Source: an uncultured virus (IMG/VR IMGVR_UViG_3300029317_000049)
Lineage: Duplodnaviria > Heunggongvirae > Uroviricota > Caudoviricetes
Strand: one strand, 5' to 3'
Virus record (IMG/VR): IMGVR_UViG_3300029317_000049
Length of the DNA stretch: 64,000 nt
The position numbers and the translations under genes were made by a program. Positions 49,205-59,059 of the stretch are shown here, piece after piece. The stretch's first letter is position 1; the number at the start of each line of letters is the position of its first letter. Below the pieces are notes generated by a model. That model worked only from the letters and a program-made list of their open reading frames with translations, made no database searches and was not told the DNA's origin.

Positions 49205-49860
49205 GTAGAGAAGAAGAAATAGGAAAGCTAACTTTAGCAACACTCCAATTATCGTCAGCTAATGATCCTTTGATAAAAAGTATCTACAAAAAATTGCTTG
49301 TTCATGATTACAATTCTTTTGTTGATTACGTAGAGGATGAATTATCTACTTGTATTCAGCAACTAGAGTCCAACCCAGAACACCATTGTAATAAAGGGGA
49401 AGATGAGGTCACTATTTCTCTTCGGGATATGTTAGTGATGAAAGGAGTAGATGCGGAACATGATGTACAGCATGGTGGTCATGTGGATTTGTTTATTAAG
49501 CAAGCCTCTTGGAAGTATCATGCTGAAGCTAAAATTTACAAAGGTAACGTTAATAGTTATGAAGGTTGGCTGCAATTAACCACGCGCTATGCATCAGGCA
49601 ACCCTTGTAATAAAGGCTGTATTTTATTGTACCTCCAAGAACACGCTGGCACACTGGATGTGATGAAAGGCTGGAAAGTACATGTTGAAGATAAAGTTGA
49701 CGATATAAGTGTTAATTTTTGTGGAAAAAACCCTTTAGCTTTAGTGTCTACCCATACATTGTTAAGAACAGGTTTGCCTTACCATATTAGGCATCTACCA
49801 GTATCATTATATTTTAAACCTTTAGATAAAAGCGGTCGAAATAGCAAGAAGTACAATTAG
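49201..49860 (+). CDS. PD-(D/E)XK-like nuclease, gene 3
   Basis: EDEVT...GGHVDL...AEAKIY; GTGA overlap with gene 2. Confidence 0.65.
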   Translation: MSREEEIGKLTLATLQLSSANDPLIKSIYKKLLVHDYNSFVDYVEDELSTCIQQLESNPEHHCNKGEDEVTISLRDMLVMKGVDAEHDVQHGGHVDLFIKQASWKYHAEAKIYKGNVNSYEGWLQLTTRYASGNPCNKGCILLYLQEHAGTLDVMKGWKVHVEDKVDDISVNFCGKNPLALVSTHTLLRTGLPYHIRHLPVSLYFKPLDKSGRNSKKYN

Positions 49861-49877
49861 TAAGAAGAGCTTTATTT

Positions 49878-49932
49878 TTACTAACTCAGGTTAATATTAC
49901 CTAGCCCCACATGCTGTCACTCTGGCAGCATG
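49878..49932 (+). promoter_or_regulatory. Late promoter copy 1
   Basis: TTACTAACTCAGGTTAATATT starts 52 bp before ATG; duplicated at 59005. Confidence 0.75.
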
Positions 49933-50547
49933 AAAAAATTAAACTCCCAACTCGCAACACTCACTGTCTCAATACGAAACAGTATTCCTAAAAACGCCTT
50001 GCGCGCCATTGAATTAATCCTTGGTGTTGAGGGCGGCAACGTTAACGACCCTGACGACCATGGCGGTAAAACCAATTTCGGTATCTCTGATTTACGTGAC
50101 GGTAAAGAAGATGGCTTAATTGATATTAACCTTGATGGCATTGGTGACGTTGACCCTGAAAACCTAACCCGTGACCAAGCCATTGTTATTTTCTTTACCG
50201 ACTACTGGTTAGCCAATAAGTGTGACCAGCTGCCCGAACCCATTGCGTTTATCATCTTTGATATTGCAGTTAACCAAAGTGCGGCATTTGCCCGCAAAAG
50301 CTTACAGCGCATCATAGGTGCAAAACCTGATGGTTTCATCGGTAAAAAAACCCTTAAGTCCCTGCAAAATGCAGACATAACCGATGTAATGCATGAGCTA
50401 ACCAAGCGCCGTAGCCTACGTTACGCCAAAAAAGTCAAAGGCAATCCCACGCAAATAAAATACCTCAGCGGCTGGTTAGACCGTGCCTTTACTGTTTGGT
50501 ATGAAGCCCATCACCTTTATATTTTTGGTGACAACAATGCCAAATAG
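49930..50547 (+). CDS. GH108-family lysozyme (endolysin)
   Basis: EGG...DPDDHGGKTNFGI; C-terminal GWLDR. Confidence 0.9.
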   Translation: MKKLNSQLATLTVSIRNSIPKNALRAIELILGVEGGNVNDPDDHGGKTNFGISDLRDGKEDGLIDINLDGIGDVDPENLTRDQAIVIFFTDYWLANKCDQLPEPIAFIIFDIAVNQSAAFARKSLQRIIGAKPDGFIGKKTLKSLQNADITDVMHELTKRRSLRYAKKVKGNPTQIKYLSGWLDRAFTVWYEAHHLYIFGDNNAK

Positions 50548-50782
50548 AACCCAACACAATAAGTTAACGGCCACTCAAAATCGCCACAGGCTTGGCCGCC
50601 ATGCCCGATTACGTGCTGAAGTGGCTTACGCCCTTCATAGCACACCTATTCAGTATGCCTGCATTTACCGACGTATAGAGCAAGCCAACCAGTTTAAGCG
50701 CGGCTGGAATAGCGTTACTGACATAGATATTGATGTAGCTGTTAAACGAACACAAATAGAGGAGATACACCATGAGTCGTAA
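50537..50782 (+). CDS. Hypothetical protein
   Basis: Overlaps lysozyme end; FKRGW motif. Confidence 0.55.
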   Translation: MPNRTQHNKLTATQNRHRLGRHARLRAEVAYALHSTPIQYACIYRRIEQANQFKRGWNSVTDIDIDVAVKRTQIEEIHHES

Positions 50783-51146
50783 ACAAGTTTTACCCGTTTT
50801 TATCGGTGAGGTTTTTACTTGCTGGTTGCCAAGAGAGCCGCGAAAAATGAAGTTAACACAAGACTTCTCTTTTATTGATAAACGCGGAGTCACTTGGCTG
50901 GCCCCAGCAGGTGCAATTATTGACGGTGCAAGTATCCCACGAACTTTCTGGGGTGTTATCGGCACACCGTTCTTTGGTCATTATCGCAGAGCAAGCGTTA
51001 TCCATGATGTTTATTGTGTCAACAAAAGCCGACCACATAAGCAAGTTCACCGTATGTTTTACGATGCTATTAGAGCTGATGGTGTTGGAAAATATAAAGC
51101 AAAATTAATGTACTTTGCCCTAAAAGTTGGAGCACCAAAATGGTAA
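50772..51146 (+). CDS. DUF1353-like protein
   Basis: DGASIPR...ASVIHDVYC. Confidence 0.8.
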   Translation: MSRKQVLPVFIGEVFTCWLPREPRKMKLTQDFSFIDKRGVTWLAPAGAIIDGASIPRTFWGVIGTPFFGHYRRASVIHDVYCVNKSRPHKQVHRMFYDAIRADGVGKYKAKLMYFALKVGAPKW

Positions 51147-51394
51147 ACGCAAAACTGAAAGTCAAAATAGTATTAACTGTCATTGTCTTAATGGCTTTAG
51201 CACTGAGCGCTTGCTCAAACTATCAATTTGGTGATGTATCTAGCATTTATTGTGGCTCTACTAACCGAGAAATACGCGCTGAAATCAAACTGACACTTCA
51301 AGACAACGGTATTGATATTGGCGTTGATTACTGTGCCAGTGTCGGTTTGGTTGATGCGCTTGTATTAGCGCCAATGAGAAATAAAAAGCCGTAA
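51140..51394 (+). CDS. Small lipoprotein (spanin-like?)
   Basis: LSAC lipobox in the lysis region. Confidence 0.6.
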   Translation: MVNAKLKVKIVLTVIVLMALALSACSNYQFGDVSSIYCGSTNREIRAEIKLTLQDNGIDIGVDYCASVGLVDALVLAPMRNKKP

Positions 51395-51411
51395 CCGGAA
51401 AGGATAATACT

Positions 51412-51642
51412 TTGGACATTACAGACAGAGCAAGTGCCGCTGAAGCATTAGATCGTGAACAAGCATTAGCTGCAAATAAGCCCGTAATTGAAAAGCCTGT
51501 TGAATTTCATGGCCACCGTTATTGCAAAGACTGCAGCTGTGAATTAACCACACAGCGTTTGCTAGTAGTACCAACAGCGGTGCGATGTGTTACGTGCCAA
51601 ACATGCAGTGAGCATTTAGCTAAACAGTTCAGGAGTCGTTAG
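51412..51642 (+). CDS. TraR/DksA C4 zinc-finger protein
   Basis: DITDRA, CKDC, CVTC. Confidence 0.85.
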   Translation: MDITDRASAAEALDREQALAANKPVIEKPVEFHGHRYCKDCSCELTTQRLLVVPTAVRCVTCQTCSEHLAKQFRSR

Positions 51643-51926
51643 TGATGGATTGGCTTTTAAAATACTGGCCTATATTGTTTTGCTCTTTCAACTTTGTCGG
51701 CGTGTTGATTATTTGGTCTTTGCATAAAACCTACGCAAAAACCGAAGCAGTAACAGAGCTTGATAAACGACAAACAATCACTGAAAAACAACTGTCAGAA
51801 ATGGACACACATAGCATAGAACTACAGCTTAAAGAGCTTAAAGGTGAATTTGACGGCATGAATCGCCTACTCAATCGCGCCGCAAATCAGCTTGACATGT
51901 TAGTAGAAAACGAACTTAAGGGATAA
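51642..51926 (+). CDS. DUF2730-like membrane protein
   Basis: N-terminal TM, coiled coil, ENEL terminus. Confidence 0.65.
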   Translation: MMDWLLKYWPILFCSFNFVGVLIIWSLHKTYAKTEAVTELDKRQTITEKQLSEMDTHSIELQLKELKGEFDGMNRLLNRAANQLDMLVENELKG

Positions 51927-51929
51927 ACG

Positions 51930-52217
51930 ATGGCACTTCAAGATATACAAAATGAGCATACGCGGCGGTCTATTTTACTTGCCTTAGCAGCGCTTAATTA
52001 CACCAGTAATGACAGTGTAATTAAAGACTCTTGCGAGTTGTTCGGTAATGCAATGAGCAGCGACCAGGTACGAACGCAATTGGGTTGGTTAGCTGAACAA
52101 GGCTTAGTCACTATTGAGCGTAAAACCAGTTACATGATTGCTACGCTAACCAGTCGTGGTCAAGACGTTGCCAATGGCCGTAGCTTTGTCGATGGCGTTA
52201 AACGCCCAAGCGCTTAG
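51930..52217 (+). CDS. Mu gp26-like protein
   Basis: LGWLAEQGLV...LTSRGQDVANG...GVKRP. Confidence 0.75.
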   Translation: MALQDIQNEHTRRSILLALAALNYTSNDSVIKDSCELFGNAMSSDQVRTQLGWLAEQGLVTIERKTSYMIATLTSRGQDVANGRSFVDGVKRPSA

Positions 52218-52226
52218 GAGAACATC

Positions 52227-52514
52227 ATGGCTAAAGCGAAAACCAAACCTTATACAGCGGGTGAAAAATGTATTATTCATCAACTGGGCTTAGCCCTTGT
52301 TTGTGCTGAAATTGAAACGCAAGTAATCAAACCGTTTTTTGAAAAAGACAAAGGTATCCCCTATCAATCTAAAGGCGGTTATCTTGATATATATCTTGCT
52401 TCGGATCCTAAAGTTAAACGTGCATGGAAAGCGTTGCAAAAAGATGTAAAACAAATTCGCAAGGATTTTTTAGCACATTCAAAAAATGAGGCTAAGCAGG
52501 ATGAAAGACCGTAA
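52227..52514 (+). CDS. Hypothetical protein
   Basis: AGGAG RBS; 95 aa. Confidence 0.6.
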   Translation: MAKAKTKPYTAGEKCIIHQLGLALVCAEIETQVIKPFFEKDKGIPYQSKGGYLDIYLASDPKVKRAWKALQKDVKQIRKDFLAHSKNEAKQDERP

Positions 52515-53076
52515 GAAACGTGGCAAGCCGTCCAAGGTAGATTTATTACCTGCAGCAATAAAAACCCAACTTGATCAATTGCTGCGTGATAACAAGATGC
52601 AGCAAAAAGACATTCTAAAAGCGGTTAATTTGCTTATTGATGATGCGGGCTTAGGCAAGGAAGTAAAGCTATCAGCATCGGGTGTTAATCGATACTCAAC
52701 GCAAATGGAAACTATAGGCCATGACATTCGCCAGGCACGCGAAATGGCTGAAATGTGGGTAGCTAAGTTGGGCACAGCGCCAACGGGTGATGTAAGTCAG
52801 TTACTGATGGAAATGCTACGTACGCAGTCGTTCAGATTGTTAGTTAAAGCTAATGAAAACCCTGACGATGTACTCGACCCGAAAACCATCGGCGAGCTAG
52901 CATTGGGTATTCAGCGTATTGAAAAAGCCGCCATGTTGAACATGGAAAAAGCAAAGGAGATCAAAAAAGCCTTTGCTGAAGAAGCTGCTGGTGCTATTGA
53001 TAAAACAGCCAAACAGGCAGGTTTAACAAGTGAAGGCGCAATGTTGATTAAGCAACAAATTTTAGGACTTGCCTAA
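52501..53076 (+). CDS. Terminase small subunit (Mu gp27/DUF3486-like)
   Basis: SKVDLLP...SASGVNRY...ILGL. Confidence 0.85.
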   Translation: MKDRKKRGKPSKVDLLPAAIKTQLDQLLRDNKMQQKDILKAVNLLIDDAGLGKEVKLSASGVNRYSTQMETIGHDIRQAREMAEMWVAKLGTAPTGDVSQLLMEMLRTQSFRLLVKANENPDDVLDPKTIGELALGIQRIEKAAMLNMEKAKEIKKAFAEEAAGAIDKTAKQAGLTSEGAMLIKQQILGLA

Positions 53077-54716
53077 TGAAGTTGCCCCCAACGCCAGTTA
53101 TTGAGCAAACAAAGCCTGAGCTTAAGCTTTCTAAGTATCAGAAAGCGATTAACGATTGTGACAATATCGAGAAGCGCTTTGGTTTGCCTGTTTTCATTCC
53201 TTTTGATCCTGATGAAGTTTTATTGGGTTATCAAAAGCGTTGGATGGCTGACGATTCCACCTTAAAAATTGCCGAGAAATCACGCCGTACCGGTTTAACC
53301 TGGGCAGAAGCTGCCGATGCTGTTTTAGAAGCCAGTAAAAGTAAAGTTGCTTTTGGTACCAACCATTTTTATGTTGGCTCAACCAAAGACATGGCGCGTG
53401 AGTTTATTGATGCTTGTGCCATGTGGGCTATGGCATTTGATAAAGCGGCAGGAGATATTCAAGAAGAAATATTTGTAGATGAAGGTCAGGAAGGAAAAGA
53501 GATCCTTACCTTTACCATCAACTTTGCTAGTGGCTTTAAAATACAAGCGCTAAGCTCTAACCCGTCAAATTTACGTGGTATGCAAGGCAATGTAACTATT
53601 GATGAAGCCGCATTTCATGACCGTTTAGCCGAAGTACTTAAAGCCGCCAGTGCCTTAACCATGTGGGGCGCTAAAGTGAGATTAATTAGCACTCACAATG
53701 GCACAGACAATCTATTCAATACCCTTATTCAAGATAGTCGCGCAGGTAAAAAAGCCTATTCAGTACACCGCATTACCCTTGATGATGCTTGTGGGGAAGG
53801 ACTTTATCAGCGTATTAGTCAAACACGCCGTAAAGAGTGGACTCAAGAAGTTGAGGATATGTGGAAGGCTGCATTACTTAACCAAACAGCCACTGAAGAA
53901 GATGCGTTAGAAGAATACGCTTGTGTGCCTAAGCAAGGTGGTGGTGTATATATCAAACGTGTGCTTGTAGACCAAGCCATGAAAAAAGATATTCCCATTA
54001 TTCGCTTTACTGCCCCTAAAGATTTTTTAGAGTGGTCGGCAAGACATAAAGAAATTCAAATTAAAGAATGGCAAGACGAGTTAAAGCCTCATTTAGCCAA
54101 ACTTCATAAAGACTTAAATCACGCGTTTGGTGAAGATTTCGCTCGCAAAGGTGATTTATCGGTATTTGTACCACTGCAAATAAATAAAGATTTAACCAAG
54201 CGCGTACCGTTCTTGCTTGAAATGAGTAATTTAACCTATGACGCTCAGCGTGAAATACTGTTTTATTTGTGTGACCGTTTACCACGATTACAGGGCTTAG
54301 CGTTTGATGCCACAGGCAATGGCGGTTACTTAGCTGAAACTGCTGCCTTACGTTATGGCACCGACATGGTTGAACAAATTGATTTAAGTGAAAAATGGTA
54401 CCGTGAATGGATGCCAAAATTAAAAGCTGAGTTTGAAGACCAAAACTTAGAAATACCACGTCATCAAGATGTTCAAGATGATATGGGACAAATCAAAGTA
54501 ATTAACGGCACCCCAAAAATAGACAAAGGTAGCACTAAAGGCACTGACGGCAGACAACGCCATGGCGATGTTGCAGTAGGTCTTGCTATGGCTGTTAGAG
54601 CAAGTTGGATGGAAGGTGCACCCATTGAATTTACCCCATTACCCAATAAACGCGACAGCTTTGAAGGTCGCGATGATAGCGACTACGGCGGCAATTATTC
54701 ACAAGGTTGTTTTTAA
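53076..54716 (+). CDS. Terminase large subunit (Mu gp28-like)
   Basis: EKSRRTGLT, IDEAAFH, GEDFARKGD, RHGD. Confidence 0.93.
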   Translation: MKLPPTPVIEQTKPELKLSKYQKAINDCDNIEKRFGLPVFIPFDPDEVLLGYQKRWMADDSTLKIAEKSRRTGLTWAEAADAVLEASKSKVAFGTNHFYVGSTKDMAREFIDACAMWAMAFDKAAGDIQEEIFVDEGQEGKEILTFTINFASGFKIQALSSNPSNLRGMQGNVTIDEAAFHDRLAEVLKAASALTMWGAKVRLISTHNGTDNLFNTLIQDSRAGKKAYSVHRITLDDACGEGLYQRISQTRRKEWTQEVEDMWKAALLNQTATEEDALEEYACVPKQGGGVYIKRVLVDQAMKKDIPIIRFTAPKDFLEWSARHKEIQIKEWQDELKPHLAKLHKDLNHAFGEDFARKGDLSVFVPLQINKDLTKRVPFLLEMSNLTYDAQREILFYLCDRLPRLQGLAFDATGNGGYLAETAALRYGTDMVEQIDLSEKWYREWMPKLKAEFEDQNLEIPRHQDVQDDMGQIKVINGTPKIDKGSTKGTDGRQRHGDVAVGLAMAVRASWMEGAPIEFTPLPNKRDSFEGRDDSDYGGNYSQGCF

Positions 54717-56341
54717 TGACTACTCAAAAAAGTAAAAGCGAAAATAAAATTCATGACATTAATGGTGTTCGATTTCGTATTAAGGAAATCACAAAGCCCC
54801 AAAGTGAAGACAACGCCCAGGTTGCTCAGTTAAAACGTGAGTTTGCTGAACACCCCAGTGCGGGACTTACCCCTGCTAAACTGGCTAGTATTACCCTTGA
54901 AGCTGAAAGAGGTAATTTAATGGCGCAGTCTGATTTAGCCGAAGATATGGAAGAAAAAGACAGCCATATTTTTGCTGAGTTAGCTAAGCGTAAAAACGCC
55001 TTGCTTACCGTGCCTTGGTCTATTGTGCCACCCCGTAATGCTAGTGATGCAGAGAAGAAAGACGCTGAACTAATTGAAGAGATATTGCGTGATGGTAACT
55101 TTATTGATGACACCATCTTTGATATGGCTGACGGTATTTTAAAAGGCTTTAGTAATTTAGAAATGGCTTGGGAACGCCGCGATGCTTTATGGGTACCTGA
55201 AAAAATTGAACATAGGCCAGCACGTTGGTTTATGGTTGACCCCGAAGACCAAAACATTTTGCGTTTACGTGACCAAAGTTTTAACGGTGCTGAGCTGCGC
55301 CCGTTTAATTGGATACAACATCAACATAAATCTAAGTCTGGTTACATTGGCCGAGCTAATCTAATCCGAGTATTAGCATGGCCCTATTTATTTAAAAATT
55401 ACAGCGTACGTGACTTAGCTGAATTTCTTGAAATATATGGCATACCTGCCCGTATAGGTAAATATCCTACAGGTGCAGGTACTGCTGAAAAAGCCAGTTT
55501 GTTACAAGCTATTATGTCAATCGGACACAATTCAGGCGGTATTATTCCCAAAGGAATGGACATTGAATTTGCTCAAGCTGCAGGTGGACAAGGTGACCCA
55601 TTTGAAATAATGATCTCCTGGTGCGAACGTAGTCAGTCTAAAGCTATTTTGGGTGGCACCCTAACCAGCCAAGCCGACGGTAAAAGCTCTACTAACGCAT
55701 TAGGTAACGTTCATAACGAAGGCCGAATAGAATTGCGTAATAGCGATTGCCGTCAAATTGCCAACACATTAACGCGGGACTTGGTCAAAACTATTTATAT
55801 TTTAAATGGAAAAAGCTATAAAAGTGATCGTCGTTTCCCTCGTTTTGAATTTGATATTCAAGAGCCTGAAGACTTAAAATTATTTTCTGAAGCTCTGCCT
55901 GTACTGGTCGATTACGGCTTTAAAATTCCCCTTGCTTGGGCGCAAAACAAAGTGCAAATACCGTTAGCTGAAAAAGATGAAGCGGTAATGATGTTAGCTA
56001 ACCAACCGCCTGAGCCTGAAAAAGAGAAAGCTAAGTCGCAAAAAATGGCCATCACTAAGTTAGCCGCTTTAAAAGCTAAGTCAGCAAAACCAACGACTGA
56101 TGAATTGGACGGTTTAACTAACCAGTTAAGCTCAAATATGTCACCTGTGTTAGCGAGCTTTACCAATGAAGTGCAGCAGCTGGTAGAGAACGCAACCTCT
56201 CTTGAAGAGCTTAGTGCGGCACTAGCTAGTTTAGATTTAACTGTTGATGAAGCCAGCGAGGTAATGCAACAAGCATTTTTTGCCAGTGAATTAAGTGGCA
56301 TGTATGACGTTGACATGGATGCAACAAAGGAAAACGAATAA
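54716..56341 (+). CDS. Portal protein (Mu gp29/DUF935-like)
   Basis: FLEIYGIPARIGKY, SKAILGGTLTS. Confidence 0.93.
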   Translation: MTTQKSKSENKIHDINGVRFRIKEITKPQSEDNAQVAQLKREFAEHPSAGLTPAKLASITLEAERGNLMAQSDLAEDMEEKDSHIFAELAKRKNALLTVPWSIVPPRNASDAEKKDAELIEEILRDGNFIDDTIFDMADGILKGFSNLEMAWERRDALWVPEKIEHRPARWFMVDPEDQNILRLRDQSFNGAELRPFNWIQHQHKSKSGYIGRANLIRVLAWPYLFKNYSVRDLAEFLEIYGIPARIGKYPTGAGTAEKASLLQAIMSIGHNSGGIIPKGMDIEFAQAAGGQGDPFEIMISWCERSQSKAILGGTLTSQADGKSSTNALGNVHNEGRIELRNSDCRQIANTLTRDLVKTIYILNGKSYKSDRRFPRFEFDIQEPEDLKLFSEALPVLVDYGFKIPLAWAQNKVQIPLAEKDEAVMMLANQPPEPEKEKAKSQKMAITKLAALKAKSAKPTTDELDGLTNQLSSNMSPVLASFTNEVQQLVENATSLEELSAALASLDLTVDEASEVMQQAFFASELSGMYDVDMDATKENE

Positions 56342-56478
56342 TGCTTACCCGATTCATTAAGCGTTATGAGCGTTGGTACAACCGCTATCAATTTAATCGC
56401 TTGTCAGAAACAGATAGAAAGATTTTTCGTTTTCTTGAGTTAGATCCCGATTCATTAATTAAACGTGGTGAGATATGA
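56341..56478 (+). CDS. 45-aa hypothetical protein (not in ORF track)
   Basis: TAATG overlap with portal and ATGA overlap with next gene. Confidence 0.55.
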   Translation: MLTRFIKRYERWYNRYQFNRLSETDRKIFRFLELDPDSLIKRGEI

Positions 56479-56774
56479 CCGAATTTATTATGTTAGATAT
56501 AAGTTTTCAAGATTTCGTTTTTTATCTTTTTTTAATTCCTCTTTCTTCTGTTGTTGGTATGTTTTGGACTACACGTATTTTATATGTGTGCATGCTGATA
56601 AGAGATATTTACGCTTGTTGTTTTTATCAATGTTTAGGCTTTGGAACTAAAAAAGGTAAAAATGGCGAAAAAGATAAAGAAGTTCCCATATTCAAAGTAA
56701 AAACTAATGTTGTGTATTTAGGGTTAACGTTTATCAGCCATCGTAAAGCGAGGAAAGCTAACAATGACAGCTAG
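56475..56774 (+). CDS. Small membrane protein
   Basis: Hydrophobic N-half, AT-rich. Confidence 0.5.
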   Translation: MTEFIMLDISFQDFVFYLFLIPLSSVVGMFWTTRILYVCMLIRDIYACCFYQCLGFGTKKGKNGEKDKEVPIFKVKTNVVYLGLTFISHRKARKANNDS

Positions 56775-58164
56775 ATATGGCTCAGTACCTTTTACTGAAG
56801 CAATAGACTTCTTTCAAACAAAGTTAAACATACCAACAGAGCGTTGGAATGATTTGTGGCAAGGTGCCCATAATACGGGTTTTATGGTTGCCGGAGCCAT
56901 GAAAGATGATTTACTCAATGACTTTAGAAAAGCCGTTGATAGTGCCATAGCGGAAGGTAAATCACTTTCATGGTTTAAAAAAGAGTTTCAAATAATAAAA
57001 GAACGCCATGGTTGGGATCATAACGGTAGTGCTGATTGGCGCAGTAAAGTTATTTACGATACCAACATGCGTCAAGCATATAACGCGGGGCGTTATGAAC
57101 AACTGCAGCACTTTGACTTTTGGGAGTATCAACACGGTGACAGCATGTCACCGCGTCCTATGCATTTATCCTGGCATGGTTTGGTATTACCCAAAGCAGA
57201 TTCATTTTGGGGAACTCACTTTCCGCAAAACGGCTGGGGCTGTAAATGCAAAGTACGTGGCCGTACCCAAGATTACATAGACCGTAAAGGCATTAAGGTA
57301 GGTAAATCGCCTAAAAAGGAACTTATTGATTGGACTGATAAAGTGACTGGCGAAGTACATCAAATACCAAAAGGCATAGACCCTGGTTTTGATTATGCCC
57401 CGCAAAAAAGTGCAGTTAAACAAAAGCAAAAGAAAGTAGCTACCCAAAAAGCTAAGCCCTATGAGCCACCACCACGCATTGCGCCAACCGCTTTTAGTAC
57501 AGTGCCCGGTGCAGACATTCATGCCTTAAATAAAAAGCTTAGCGAGTTTGCACCGGCTAAAGCCCGTTTAGATCTTCTTGGTCAATTTTTAAATAAACAC
57601 GACATTAAAACCTTGTTTCTCAAACAAGCTGAAATGGGCGCTAAAACCAAAGCATCACGTAACTTAGCACCACAAGTTCAGCCGTACTTAAATTTGGGTA
57701 GTGCAACGCATAGCTATTTCACCACCCGTAATGCATCAAGAACAAATGGCTTTACCTGGCGCAATAAAAATCATGTGGTTGTTAAAGTGAAAGCATCAAC
57801 CCGATTTAATAAAGTGGTGTTTGAAGAACTCAGCGAAGCAGTAGAAAATGCTATATTATTAATGCGTGAAGGTGATAAGCAATGGTCACTTTCTCATATT
57901 GTAAGAGTAGCCAGTGAAAGCCGTGAACATGGTGGCGCTTTGGTGACTTGGCTACATGAAATTGGCCACCAAGTACATTACAAAGCGGGTAAGCCGAAAA
58001 TGCCAGTGCCCTATGGTTATGGTGTTACCCAGTATAGTTTAATTAATGATTTTGAATGGCACGCAGAGCACTTTGCCATGTGGTTACTCAATCGCGAAGC
58101 TTTAGCCAAGTGGGATGAAGGTATCGCAGTATATTTTGATAAATTAATGAAGGCAGCACTTTAA
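56764..58164 (+). CDS. MuF minor head protein with C-terminal HExxH extension
   Basis: RPMH..WHG...NGWGCKC MuF core; WLHEIGHQVH...AEHF. Confidence 0.85.
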   Translation: MTARYGSVPFTEAIDFFQTKLNIPTERWNDLWQGAHNTGFMVAGAMKDDLLNDFRKAVDSAIAEGKSLSWFKKEFQIIKERHGWDHNGSADWRSKVIYDTNMRQAYNAGRYEQLQHFDFWEYQHGDSMSPRPMHLSWHGLVLPKADSFWGTHFPQNGWGCKCKVRGRTQDYIDRKGIKVGKSPKKELIDWTDKVTGEVHQIPKGIDPGFDYAPQKSAVKQKQKKVATQKAKPYEPPPRIAPTAFSTVPGADIHALNKKLSEFAPAKARLDLLGQFLNKHDIKTLFLKQAEMGAKTKASRNLAPQVQPYLNLGSATHSYFTTRNASRTNGFTWRNKNHVVVKVKASTRFNKVVFEELSEAVENAILLMREGDKQWSLSHIVRVASESREHGGALVTWLHEIGHQVHYKAGKPKMPVPYGYGVTQYSLINDFEWHAEHFAMWLLNREALAKWDEGIAVYFDKLMKAAL

Positions 58165-58394
58165 TGAATATGCTTGAGAAGTTAAGACAACAAAAAGTTA
58201 GTCGTGAAAATGCGAATGAAGCGGTAAGCGTAATTAACGATAAGTCGCTTAGCTTTAGTGAAAAGGTTAAGCGTGTGCAAGCACTTGAAGCCGAATCTTC
58301 TGCAGCTGAGCAAGTGCTTTTTGCTGAGGTTTATTCTAGTTTACATGGCATGGCCATCACACCAGAAGACATTAATTTAATGGCGGGTGTTTAA
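58164..58394 (+). CDS. Small protein, candidate immunity
   Basis: 76 aa, coupled on both sides. Confidence 0.55.
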   Translation: MNMLEKLRQQKVSRENANEAVSVINDKSLSFSEKVKRVQALEAESSAAEQVLFAEVYSSLHGMAITPEDINLMAGV

Positions 58395-58828
58395 TGGCTG
58401 GTGGTTTTGTTTCAGTTGATGTCATTGGCACCAAGTCGATAGCCAATGCATTAAACCGACTGTTAAGACAAGGCAGTGATTTAAGTCCAGCTCTTCGAGA
58501 AATAGGCGAACAGGTACTTGAGTCAACCCAACAACGTTTTACTGAAATGGTATCACCTGATGGTGAAGCATGGGATCCATTATCACCCCGCACCTTAGCC
58601 AAGAAGAACCGTCCAGACCGAATACTGACCGAAACAAGCATCTTAGCTGATACCTTAAACTTCCAACTGGGTAACGACCAAGTAATGATCGGCTCTAATC
58701 TAGACTATGCCGCTACCCATCAATTTGGCCGTGAAGCCGATGGTATTCCCGCCCGACCTTTTTTAGGACTTGCGCCATTCGAGCGTGTTGAAATTTTAGA
58801 GATATTACAAGCACACTTAATCGATTAG
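58394..58828 (+). CDS. Virion morphogenesis protein (Mu gpG-like)
   Basis: YAATHQFG, IPARPFLG. Confidence 0.9.
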   Translation: MAGGFVSVDVIGTKSIANALNRLLRQGSDLSPALREIGEQVLESTQQRFTEMVSPDGEAWDPLSPRTLAKKNRPDRILTETSILADTLNFQLGNDQVMIGSNLDYAATHQFGREADGIPARPFLGLAPFERVEILEILQAHLID

Positions 58829-59004
58829 TTAACAGCGCCTAAAACGCCTTTTTAGCGATTAAACGCTATAAGTCGCCTAATGATATTCAAATTGAACTTT
58901 AAGCGCTGTATGCGTTTTATAAAAACTTTATAAAATAGCTCTATGGCTGATTTTAGTCTGTCAAAACCACTACTAGCATTTACCCCTCTCAAAGCAGTTG
59001 AAAA

Positions 59005-59059
59005 TTACTAACTCAGGTTAATATTTAAAACCGCTCGATGTTGTCATTCTGGCAGCATG
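59005..59059 (+). promoter_or_regulatory. Late promoter copy 2
   Basis: Same 21-mer and spacing as 49878. Confidence 0.75.
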
